Of a stretch of DNA of 64,000 nucleotides, positions 22,786 to 33,412 are shown piece by piece. The notes beneath the pieces are model-generated. The model did not search any database, was not told where the DNA came from, and saw only the letters and a list, made by a program, of their open reading frames with translations. A program made the translations under genes and the position numbers. The first letter of the stretch is position 1, and each line of letters starts with the position of its first letter. Source of the DNA: Blastocladiella emersonii ATCC 22665 (lineage: Eukaryota > Fungi > Blastocladiomycota); NCBI GenBank assembly GCA_025594325.1, contig JANHCV010000003.1, forward strand, positions 2,418,001 through 2,482,000, given 5' to 3'.

Positions 22786-23315
22786 GCGTTGAGGGCCTGG
22801 ACGCGCTGCATGAGGGCGGTGGCGAGCGGGTCGCCGTTGTTGGCCATGAGGGCGAGGAAGCTGAGCTGGTTCGGGTGCAGCGGCTGGTACTGGGGCTGGT
22901 CGAGCTGCATCTTGATCTGGAGGAGCACGTTCTGGATGTTGGCGGGCTGCTGCTGCGGCTGCTGCATGGCCATGGTCATGGCGGGGGCGGCGAGCGGCTG
23001 CTGGAGCTGCTGCTGTTGTTGGGGAGGCGGCTGTTGGTTGGACTGGAGCTGTTGCTGTTGCTGGAGCTGCTGTTGCTGCTGCTGCTGCTGCAGGCGCTGC
23101 AGGCCCGCGGCGATGAGGGTGCGGCACTGGTTCACGAGAAACTCGCGGTACTCGGCGGCGGTGGTGGTGCGGACCATGGCGAGGTTCTCGAGATCGGTGG
23201 ACAGCTGGTCGGCGCGAGCGGCGAGGGCCGCGTGCTGGGCGAACTGGTTGCGGACCTGCCCGCGCATCCGGTCGCGGTCGGCCGGCGAGACCTGCGGGTT
23301 GACCGGGGTGGACAT
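20628..23315 (-). CDS. PolyQ/Ala-Pro-rich nuclear protein with KIX-like N-terminus; possible Mediator Med15/Gal11-like, at least 3 exons
   Basis: N-terminal three-helix-like segment (SPADRDRM...LENLAM...AAEYREFL), long polyQ, C-terminal NLS KKRKL after the last intron (GTACGT...TAG); the Med15 assignment is inference. Confidence 0.6.
22370..23100 (-). repeat. CAG/CAA trinucleotide tracts encoding polyglutamine
   Basis: Runs of ctg/ttg triplets on the + strand. Confidence 0.95.
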
Positions 23316-23946
23316 GGCGGGTGTAGGGCGAGCGCGGTGCGTTGCAGCAAGTTTACAGTTCAATAGAGGTGATGATGCATGTATGACTTGGATCAAGGGA
23401 GGAGGACGGGGAGCGAGACGGGCAGCGAGACGAGACGGGTCGAGGTGAAATCGCGACTCCCGGCGGCCGAGCACGCTCTCTCTCCCGCCGCTGCAACGCG
23501 CAAAATTACCTTCGATTTTCGATTTTCCCTGCTGGCTCGCTTAGCCTTCTAAATCAACCCACCCGGCCGCCCAGCTCCCCTCCCCTTCTTGCTGCGCTGC
23601 CCTCCCCATCCGCGACGTCGTCCGCTCCCCTGCTGCGCGACCGTCCCCCTCATCATCGTCCATCCGCTCCCGCCGCGCCCCGCCCGGTGACGCCAGCGCC
23701 GCCCCGGTCACAAGTTCGGCAAGCCGCGCGCCTCGCACCGGCACCGACCTCGTCTCGCAGTCGGTCCCGTTCGCCCGCCCGCTTGTTTGCCTCTCGCCCG
23801 CCACGCTCGCTCGCTCCCTCTCCCGCGTCGTCCGCGCTCCCCCTCCTCTCTTCGCCCTCTGACACTCCCGCTCAGTCAACAAGAACGCTCCCGCGTCCCC
23901 ACCTCCTCTCGAATCACCCCCCTCCTCTCCTCACCCCCACCCTCCA

Positions 23947-25811
23947 ATGCCAAGAATGAACGCCGCCCGTGCTCCAACACCCCGCTCGGCGCCCGCCTCC
24001 TCACCCGCGTCGGCACCCTCGTCGCCCGCGCCCGTCCCGCGCAGCAACAGCGGGTCGGGCAAGCCGCGCCGCGCCAACGCCGCCGCCAACGCCAACCTCG
24101 CCGGTACGGGCGCCGCCACGGGCTGCTCGGCCGCCCCCAAGGCCTCCAAGAAGCAGCAGCAGGTCGCCCAAATTGCCCCCGACGCCAAGCCGACCCGCCG
24201 CCAGCTCCACCAGCAGCAGCTCGCGCAGGCCGCCGCCGACAACCGCGCCCGCGACGCGCGCTCGGCCAACCAGCGCAAGCAGTCGCACCACCAGCAGCAG
24301 GCGGCCGTGGCCAAGAAGCCCGACGGCGGCCGCGGCTACGAGTCGGACCCGGCCTTTGCCGCCTCCGTCTCGGCCAAGGGCGGCGCGGGCTCGGCCGGCA
24401 CGCCCCGGAACGCAAAGTCGGTGCTCCCCTCCCCTCCTCCCCGTCTCCGATCCCCGCCCAAGAACGTGTTCTGACTCGCCCGCTTCGCCTCGTCCGCCTC
24501 GCTCGGCATCGCGCCGACTCCCACCCACACAGACGCTCCGCCAAGAACGGCAACAGCTGCCTCAGCGCCCCGGCCTCCTTCACCGACCTGACCTCGTCCT
24601 CGTCGGCGCAGGCTGCCGCGGCCGCCGCCGCCAACGCCAAGCCGCGCCCGCGCCGCTCGTCGGTCCCCAACCTCCCCGCTGCCACGGCCACGTCGCCGCT
24701 CGCCGCCCGCTCGGCCTACGCCGGCGCCACCTTCCAGGACTCGCCCGCCCCCGACGACCTCCCGCCCCCGGACTTTTGTTTCGGCGACGCCAACGGCGGT
24801 AGCGGCGGCAACGACCAGGAGAAACAGACGCGCCCCGTGCCCGTGTCGCCGTCGCCGCGCGAGTCCGTGTCGGCCCCGACCACGGCCGGCCCGCGCCGCG
24901 CCCTCGCCTCGTGGCCCACCTCGGGCAACCCGTCCGACTCCGAGGACGGCGGCGCCGCCTCGGACGACAACGCCGAGTCGCCGTCGCGCCGCTCGGCGCC
25001 CGCGACTGGATCGCCCGGCCACGCCTCGTCGGCTCCCGTCGCCGACGGCACCGACGCCCTGCGCGCCCGCAGCCGCCAGCTCATGTCCATGCTCGTGGCC
25101 GCTGGCATGCGCGCCGACGGTACCGCCGACCCGGCCAAGGCGGCGTCGCCCACGGGCACTACGCCCCCCTCGGCTGTCGCTGCCTCGATGGCGCGCAGCC
25201 CGCCCGCGCACTGGTCGGCTCCGACGGCCGCCCTCGCCGCGGCCCCGGTCCCGCCGCCCGTCGCGCCCTCGGCCTCGCTCGACATGAGCTTCGCCTCGGG
25301 CCCGCTTGCCGCCCCGCACGCGCACGCCTACCACGCGTACCACCACCACCACCACCACCAGGCCGCCTTCATGCACCAGCAGCACCTCGCTGCGGCCGCC
25401 GCTGCTGCCGCCGCTGCGCGCGGGGGCTACCCGCAGCCGCCCGTCGTGCCAATGCACGGCCACCACGCCATGGGCCCCATGGGCCCCGTGCCCGTGCCCA
25501 TGCACCACCACCACCCCGGGTTCATGCCGCCCATGGGCTACGTCCCGCACCAGCAGCAGCAGCAGCCGATACACGGCCAACACCCGCACGCCGTGGTCCA
25601 CGGGTTCGCCCCCGCGGCGGCGGCGGCGGCCGGCAGTGGCGTCATGGGCGCTGGGTCGCCCGTCTCGTCGTCGCCGGTCCGCGCCCCGATCGCCGGCCCC
25701 GGCCCCTGCCCCGCCGTCGCGTCGCCCAGCAAGGACCGCATGGCCGCGCTCTCGAGCGACCTGCGCAGCTTGCTGCGCCTCGAGGCGCCGGCCATCTCGT
25801 CCTCGTCGTAA
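23947..25811 (+). CDS. Edc1/PNRC-type mRNA decapping activator-like disordered protein, 2 exons
   Basis: YAGATFQDSPAPDDLPPPDF (PNRC/Edc1 short linear motif, about 24717-24776) and C-terminal LSSDLRSLLRL; intron 24417-24532. Confidence 0.75.
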
Positions 25812-27327
25812 ACCCGTGGTTGCTTCGCGGGGAGCCCGGCGGGCTCGGCGCGGCAGTGGTGGCGGCGGTCGGTCGGTGGTCGGCGTGGTCGGTCGGTCGG
25901 GCCGGGTGGTCGCTGCGAGTCGTGCGCGCGCGTGGTAGGTTTCTCGGCTCGCATCGTGGAACCCGTCCTCGTCCAACCATTCCTCCCCTCCCTTGTTTCT
26001 CTCCTCTGAACCCATTTGCCTCACGGTTACCCCACCCCTCACTCACCCTCTGCCCTCCTCCACCACCCCTACCCTGCCCTGCCCTCCTGGCTCTCCTCCT
26101 CCTCCATCAGTCTCTCCTCTTCCCTTTCTCGCTCCGTTTTGCTCTCCTCGTTGTCTCGCTCGCGGCCGCCTACCCGTTGCCGCGAGCCATCCCCCCACCT
26201 TTTCTCGTTTCCCCTTTTTGTGCTGTTCTCTCCCTCTCTCTCCCGCGGGGGTCCCCGAGCTCGCTTTTCGGACCCCTCGCCCTCTCGTTTGTCGTTTCTC
26301 GGTCCTCGTGTGCGTCTGCTGTCTTTGGTACGCTTTTGTGATCGGCTCGCGCCGTCGACGCCTCGCTCAACCCGACCCCGCTCGACTGTAGGTTTGGCGA
26401 TACCCAGCTGCACTTGGATGCGTCCTTTCCTCCGGTCTCCCCCGTCTCCCTGTCCGTCTCGGTCTGCTCGTTCGCTCGTTTGGGTGTGCCTCCTCGTCCC
26501 CGTCTCGATTTCTCTCTCCCCCGTGCCGCGCGCCGGCGTCCTCCGTCGCCGTCTTGCACCGCGGCGGGGGCGCGTTCGGCGCGCGGCCCTTTGTGCATAC
26601 TCTCTCCCCCTCGTCTGTCGTTTGCGCGACTGGCGGCTCCAGCAACTCCATCCAACGACACATAGACGACACCTGCTGCTGCTGCCCGCCGCTGCTGCTC
26701 GACGCCCCATCGTGCTCCCCGCCCGTCGCTCGCCACATTCCTGCACGCGTGTACACTCTTCGCACACCAAGTCCTTTTCGTTCGTTCGTACTGCGGCCTC
26801 GTCGTCGGCTACGCTCGCGCGCCTCGCCGCGCGCGCTACCTCGACTACTGCCGCACGCAACTGCAACGACCATCGACACCGACCGACACGTCTGGACGGG
26901 CCATGGCGGGCCGCCTCCACCTCTCTCTTTCTTCGCCCTCTCGACACCACCACGGCAGCCGCCCCCGCATGCGCGTCTTCGCGCTGGCGACGGATGCTTC
27001 GCACCACCACGCTCTTGTTCTTCCTCCTCTTGTGTTCGCTCGCCCGCGTTCTGCGCTTCGCGCGGCTCGCTGGTGGGCTCCTCCCCCTCTCGTGTTCTAT
27101 CCTCTATCGTTTCTCTCTCTCTGTGCGCGACCATTCGCAAGAATACATCGCGACCTTTTTCTTGACACGTCGTCGGTGGTCGGTGGACGGCGGAGAGGGT
27201 CCCCGGATGAGCCCGTGGCGCAGGGACGCGTTCGTCACACAGCCTTCGCCGCGCCACCGTCCACCCTCCCCTTGTGCACCCCACTACCCATGAAAACTGT
27301 TGACGCATCGACTCCGCACTCTATGCA

Positions 27328-29648
27328 ATGAACCCGCCCGCCTCGACCGAACCCAACCTGCGGCGGCAGACCGGTGAGTACCCCGCCCCCCACTTGCGGG
27401 ACCGCCGCTGAGCTCACGCCCGCCAGCCGACCTGCCCGCCGTCTAGCCTCCTCCTCCAGCGCCCCGCCTGCCCCCACCGGCCGCGTCGTCCCATCGCGCT
27501 ACCTCACCACCTCCTCCACCCAACCCGCTCCGCCAAAACGTCCCGCGCCGACCGATGCTGCGCCGCCGCCCGACGCCAAACGTGCGCGACGGAGCACCAT
27601 CGGCGCCGCCACGGGCGTCGCCAAGACCCCGCACCGGCCCACCGCACCCGCGGCTGCCGCGGGACCAGCGACTGACCGGCGTCCCGCGCAGTCCGCGCAA
27701 CCGCTCACGGCGCAGCGCAAGCGGACCCTCGCCACCGCGTCCGCCGCTGAGCGCGAGATCGCCGCGCTCGAGGCGCTTGCGGCCGCCAAGACGCCGTCGG
27801 CGGCGGGGACCGCGCGCAAGGGTGCGAAGACGCCGGGCACGGCAGCAGCGGTGGGGAAGCCCACGGACGCGGCAGCACCCGCGCCGGAGGTGCCGTACTA
27901 CCTCGCGAAAACGCCACGGACCCGCGCTGCTGCTGCTGCGGCTGCGGCTGCGGCAAAGACCCCCGCACACGCCGGCGGCGGGGACGTGCTTGTGCCGCTC
28001 GCCAAGGCGCCGGCGCCGGCGCCGGGGACTGCTGCGCGGGCGAAAACGCCGGCGGCGGGTTCGGCAGCGGGTGCGCGGCCCAAGACGCCCGCAACGGTCG
28101 CTGGTAAGCCGGCCGCCGCTGCGCCGGCGACGACGGGTAAGAAACCCACCGCAGCTGCGTCCGCGAACCCCGCCAAAACGCCTGGCCGCGCGGCATCGCA
28201 CACGGCACCGGCCAAGACCCCCATGACGACGACGAAACGCGCACCCGCACCTGCGAAAACGCCGGCGACCGCCGCAGCTGCTGCGTCGAAACGCGCGGCA
28301 CCCGCTACTGCGAAATCGACCGCTGCCGCTAGCGCGGGCGTCCCCGGCAAGACGCCCGCGGCCAAGACGCCGGTCCCGACACGCGGCGGCGCGGGCACGG
28401 CGGCACGCACGAAACCCGCGGTGACGACCGTGTCCAAGGGCCCCGCATCGTCCGCGGTCGGCGCGCTGTCGCCGCCGCGCCGCCCACTGCGGCTCACGCC
28501 GACGAGCACGGTAGTGCCCGCGGAGGTCGCCGTCGCGAAACCGGTGCCGCCGCTGCGCAAGTCGCTTGGTGGGAGTAGTGCGCCGGCTGCAGCACCCGGT
28601 GCGGCGGCGAAGCCCGTGTCGCGCAGTACTGGTTCCAAGGTGACGCCGGCGACGGGGCAGCCGGCTTCGCGCAGGGCGACGGTGGGTCCCGGCTCGGGTC
28701 GCGCTTCGTTGGGCGCGGGTCGTACGTCAATGGGCGCGGCGTCGAGCCGTCCGTCCCTCGGTGCAGGGACCGCGTCGCGCAGTTCGTCCCGCGCGTCGAA
28801 CCCGCCGCCGAAACCGCCCGCCGCCGCAGTCCCGCGTCGGAATACCATCTCGCGACTTGGCACCGCGTCCTCGGCGCCACCGTCGCGCTCCGGCACCCCG
28901 ACCGCCGCAGCTCCCAAAACCGCCAGCGGGTCGTCGTCGCTCCCGCCGCCGCCCGATCGCCTGTCCGCGTCGGCGACGCAGGCGTACGTGCGTCTGGTGC
29001 AGTGGCACTACCTGACCGAGTCGGCGTCGCGCGAGCACGCGCGCGAGGCGAGCGTGGCGCAGGACCAGATCACGGCCGTGTGGACGCTCGTCGAGTCCCG
29101 GCGCCGCGCGGTCGCCGACCTCAAGCAGCGGCTCGCGACCGACGAGCTCGTCGCTGTCACGCGCGAACTGCGCGCCGAGATCGACGCGGTGCGCGCGCTC
29201 GTGGGCGCGGTCGTCGAGGATGATGGGTTCCGCGCGGCGCACGAGCGCGTGGTGGGTGCGCTGAAAGAGGCCGGCGACCAGATCGAGTATCGCGGCGCCG
29301 GGTTCTCGAATTTTGCTGCGTTCGTCGAGCTCGTTGAGGCCATCGACCAGCACCTCGAGCGGCTGGATGCGCAGCTTGACCCCGAGTCGGTACGTTTTTG
29401 ACAACGTTGTTCATGTCCAAGGCAAGGCTGACGCTCGCTTGACCCACGTCTAGTCGCTCCAAGTCGGCGAGGCCGTCAACACGCTCGCGGCCAACACGCA
29501 GAAGCTGGCGGACCTGCTCGCGCGGCGCGCCGAGCTGCAGCAGACGCTGGTCAACGTCGAGCTGCGCGCGGCGAGCCTGGCTGTCGCCCCGCCCGCGGTC
29601 GAGTCGGTGTTTGTGCCGTCCGTGGTCGCGTCGCTCATGTCCTCGTGA
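27328..29648 (+). CDS. Augmin subunit AUG8/HAUS8 (QWRF-like), 3 exons
   Basis: N-terminal GRVVPSRYL motif, long basic A/P/T/K linker, YVRLVQWHY (QWRF-like) followed by coiled coils; introns from 27374 and near 29391-29453. Confidence 0.7.
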
Positions 29649-29874
29649 ATATATTCCCTGGCGATGGAAGTGGCAGATTGGTCGGCTGATGTCCCTCAAG
29701 CGGAGCCAAGCCGGTTTGGTCGGGTCGGCCGGCCGACCTCTCGTCCCCGCTCGCTCGCTGATCTCGGTCGCTTCTCTCCCCCACAACAACCGCGGCCTCC
29801 CCCGCACACCCCATGCAGCTCGTCCCGGCCCGCAACATCCTGCACCCCCGTCCCCGAGCCTGACTGCACGCCGC

Positions 29875-32800
29875 ATGCCCAAGATCACCAAGCCGCGGTC
29901 GGCGACCCCGCCGGTCCCGCCGAGCGTTGGCTCCAACGGGTCCAACGGCACCGCGCCCGCACCTGTCGCCGCCGCTGCTGCCGCCGCCATGCCGCAGTCG
30001 CTCTCCGAGGCCGTGCGCGCGTCGCTCGAGCCGAGCCCTATGACGCACCCGAGCCCGTTCATCCTGGCCGCGTCGTCGTCGTCGTCGACGGCCCCGTCGA
30101 CGACGGCCAGCTCCACGACCTCCGCCGCTGCCCCCACCGCCGCCGCGTCGACCTGCACCTGCGCGTGCACCGAGGAAGTGCGCCAGCTGCGTCTCGAGAT
30201 GACGACGCTCGTTTCCGTCGTCGAGCGGCTGGTCGGCGCGCACGGCGACGTCAACCACACGCTGCGCGACATGCGCGACGTGATGCTCGGCCAGCAGGTC
30301 TTTCTCAACACCATGTTCACCAACCTCGTCGGGCTCTCGGGCCCGCTGCCCAACGACGTCGTCGACGCCGTCAAGTCCGTCCTCGACGGCGCTACCACCG
30401 ACCTCGGGCCCGCGACTGCTGCTGCGGCTGCGGCGGCCGCGGCTGTGGCAGCGCCGAGTGCCGCGGGTGCTGCGGCTATCACTGGCGACGCACGCAAGAA
30501 GCTCGCCGAGGCGCTCGCCCTCGCGAGAGCCAAGGCCAAGTCGGTCGCCATCGCGAAGACCCCCGAGCTGCCGTCGTTTTCGCCCCTCTCCGCCGCTCCT
30601 GCGCCCGCTGCTGCTGAGCCCGCGCCCGTCCCCGCGCCAGCTCCCGCGCCGGCGGCTCCGGCCCCCGCTGCTGCCACCAACGGTAAGGCCAAGGCCAAGA
30701 ACAAGCCGTCGAAGCGCGCCGCCGCAGCTCCTGCTCCCGCAGCTCCTGTTGCTGTTCCGCTCGCGTCCACGCCTGCGATTCCGGCGGCCGCCGCCGCGGC
30801 GGCTACTCCGCAACCCGCGCCCGCCCCGCAACTCGCACCCGAGCCGGTCGTTGCTGCGCCTGCGCCCGTCGCCCAACCTGCACCTGCAGCCGCGACCTCG
30901 AGTCCTGCTCCGCCGCAGCCGATTCCGACTCCGACTACTACCGCAACCGCGACCGCGACCGCGACCACGACGGCGGCGCCGGTTCCGGCTCCCGCACCCG
31001 TGCCCGCAACTTCGCCTGCGCCGACTTCCGCTCCCGCGTCGAAGAAAAAGTCCAAGGCCAAGCGGTCCAAGACCGCGGCCTCCGCCGCCACGACCGCGCC
31101 GGTGCAGATCAACGGCACCGTTCCCAACGACTCGGTCGACGCGATGCTGAGCGACATGAACTCGCGCGCGCAGGCCATCCTCGCGTCGCTGCCCGACGCG
31201 ACGCTCGCCGCCGCGACTGCACCAACTGACTCGGCTGTCGCGGCCTCGCAGCCGCCGCCCGCGTCCTCGACGCCGCTGACCCTGTTCACGTCGCTTGCGT
31301 CGACGCTCGGCGCGCTGCAGCACCCGCCCGCCGCTCACAAGAACGGTGCACCGGCGCCGACGCCGCTGCCACCCGCCGACGCGGCGCCGCAAGATCCGAA
31401 CAGTCTCATGGACTCGGTGCACCTGTTCATGCGTCTCGCCGCGCCCATCACCAACAAGTCCGGCTTCCCCGCCGCCGCCTCGGGCGGCGCCGAGCCGGCC
31501 ACCGCGCAGCCGACGACGGACCTGGCCCCGCTCGAGCTGTCGGAGCTGCCGGCGTGGTCGACCGAGACGCTCGAGAAGCGGCTGCTCGCCGTGGCGGCCA
31601 ACCTGTCGGGCCTCGTCTCGTCGCTCCCGCAGCCGTCGCAGGCGGTGGCCAAGTCGGCGATCGAGGCCGTGTCGCAGGTCTTCTACCAGCTCAAGGCCGA
31701 GGGCCTCAAGTCCGGGTACGCGCCTGACCTCAAATCGGTCGCCAATGTGTTCACGCTGCTCGGCGCCGTCGACATGGCCGCGATCCAGAGCGAGGTGCGC
31801 TCCGTGCTCGGCCGCGCCGCTGACCCCAAGGCCGGGCTCGTAACGCTCGGCCGCCAGCAGCCCGCGCCCACACCCACGCCGACTGCCGCGGGCTCCGCCG
31901 CCGCCGCCGCCACGGTGACCACGGCGACGACGACGCCGCGCGTCCTCTCGACCAAGACCGTCTGCAACACGCCCAACGACGCGCTCTACTTCCTGCAGCT
32001 CGTCCAGACCGAGCTCGTGCAGCTGCAGCGGCCCGCCGAGACCCCCGGCGCCAAGGCGTTTGAGCGGCTCGGGTTCCCCGACGAGCACGCGGTCCTCGTC
32101 GCGCGGTACACAGCGCGGCCAGCCAAGCCCGCGGCGGCGGGCGGCGGCGGCGGTGGCGAGCGCAAGTGGGCCGACCTCGTGCCCGCGGACACGATGAGCG
32201 ACCTCGCGTACGACATGATCTCGCTGCTCACCGATTCGACCGCGCTGCAGGTCGTCCCGCAGCTGCCCATGTGCGACATCGCGACGGACCTGTACGACTT
32301 CCTGCAGCACATGTTCCGGGTCGCCGAGGCGCACAAGGTCGCGCACACGACGCAGCTGTACACGTACATTCTCGAGAACTCGCTCGAGTGGGAGCTGTCG
32401 TCGCGCGTCTTCTCGTGGTTCCCGCACCGCGAGGAGTGGGAGTTCGACGCCCTCGCCCAGACCGTCGCGGCGCTCATGGCGCACCCGCTCCCGCGCGAGT
32501 ACCCGGACCGGCTCACCAACGTCGGCGGGCCGCCCGCCCTCGCGGCCCCGCTCAAGGACGAGTGCGCGCCCCTGTCGGCGCAGGCGCGCGACGTCGGCAA
32601 GGCGTTCGCGCACTACTGCTCGGTCCAGCTGTGCCGGCTCGGCGAGCTCGCGTGCAACGGGCCGCCGCGCGACGTGTTCCACAAGGCCAGCGCGCGCCGC
32701 GCGAACACCCTGCTCGCCGCGATCCCCGCCCCGATCGCGAAGCTCGTCCGCGCGTGCTGCGTCGCCGCCCTCGGCCGCGAGACGGATCTGCCCTTCACCC

Positions 32801-32955
32801 TCGTCCTCGCCCTGTTCCTCTACTTTTGCGGCGACGGCAACCTCCTGTTCCGCTGGAACCAGTCCGCGACGGCCACGCCCTCGCTCAACTTCCCGTCGCC
32901 GAGTCGCGGCCTGTTCGACCTCGCGGTCCAGTGCGGCGAGATCAAGCTCGAGTGA
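29875..32955 (+). CDS. Uncharacterised protein, paralog A of a tandem pair
   Basis: Long ORF; shares EAVRxSLEP, TCTC..E.RQLR and a C-terminal LPxTLVLAxxLY.xGD..xLxRW block with 33413-35179. Confidence 0.8.
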   Translation: MPKITKPRSATPPVPPSVGSNGSNGTAPAPVAAAAAAAMPQSLSEAVRASLEPSPMTHPSPFILAASSSSSTAPSTTASSTTSAAAPTAAASTCTCACTEEVRQLRLEMTTLVSVVERLVGAHGDVNHTLRDMRDVMLGQQVFLNTMFTNLVGLSGPLPNDVVDAVKSVLDGATTDLGPATAAAAAAAAAVAAPSAAGAAAITGDARKKLAEALALARAKAKSVAIAKTPELPSFSPLSAAPAPAAAEPAPVPAPAPAPAAPAPAAATNGKAKAKNKPSKRAAAAPAPAAPVAVPLASTPAIPAAAAAAATPQPAPAPQLAPEPVVAAPAPVAQPAPAAATSSPAPPQPIPTPTTTATATATATTTAAPVPAPAPVPATSPAPTSAPASKKKSKAKRSKTAASAATTAPVQINGTVPNDSVDAMLSDMNSRAQAILASLPDATLAAATAPTDSAVAASQPPPASSTPLTLFTSLASTLGALQHPPAAHKNGAPAPTPLPPADAAPQDPNSLMDSVHLFMRLAAPITNKSGFPAAASGGAEPATAQPTTDLAPLELSELPAWSTETLEKRLLAVAANLSGLVSSLPQPSQAVAKSAIEAVSQVFYQLKAEGLKSGYAPDLKSVANVFTLLGAVDMAAIQSEVRSVLGRAADPKAGLVTLGRQQPAPTPTPTAAGSAAAAATVTTATTTPRVLSTKTVCNTPNDALYFLQLVQTELVQLQRPAETPGAKAFERLGFPDEHAVLVARYTARPAKPAAAGGGGGGERKWADLVPADTMSDLAYDMISLLTDSTALQVVPQLPMCDIATDLYDFLQHMFRVAEAHKVAHTTQLYTYILENSLEWELSSRVFSWFPHREEWEFDALAQTVAALMAHPLPREYPDRLTNVGGPPALAAPLKDECAPLSAQARDVGKAFAHYCSVQLCRLGELACNGPPRDVFHKASARRANTLLAAIPAPIAKLVRACCVAALGRETDLPFTLVLALFLYFCGDGNLLFRWNQSATATPSLNFPSPSRGLFDLAVQCGEIKLE

Positions 32956-33059
32956 TCGATGGTGATGAATATACGTGTGATTATGATGATCAACAACGTT
33001 TGTCTCGCGACATCGGGCGGGTGAGAGACGCGTCGCGACATCAGGTGATGCTGCAGCGC

Positions 33060-33076
33060 GGCGCAACGCGTCCGCG
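33060..33076 (+). promoter_or_regulatory. Recurrent intergenic motif, copy 2 (17-bp core)
   Basis: GGCGCAACGCGTCCGCG. Confidence 0.5.
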
Positions 33077-33412
33077 AGCGTTGAGCTTCAAGCTTGCACG
33101 GCAAGCGCTTGCAGGCCGACGGTGCGCGAAAACCACGAAACTCGCGCGAGTCTGCGCTCGCTTTCTCGCGTGTGCGCCGTGGCCTTTTTCTCCGCGTGGC
33201 CCTCGCGACAACGAGGCCCACGCCCGCGTGATGGCGAGTTTGATGAGCTCGATTCTCACACGGCGCCGTTGCCACATCGCCACCGCATGGGCCGGTTGCA
33301 AACCGAAGCCGCGGTGCGGCAGCGGCCACCGCGGCGATGCCCACTTCGCCATCGCCCGCCTTGCTCCAACCTTTCTCTCCCCCGACAGCCACGCTTGAAT
33401 GAAGCATAGACT

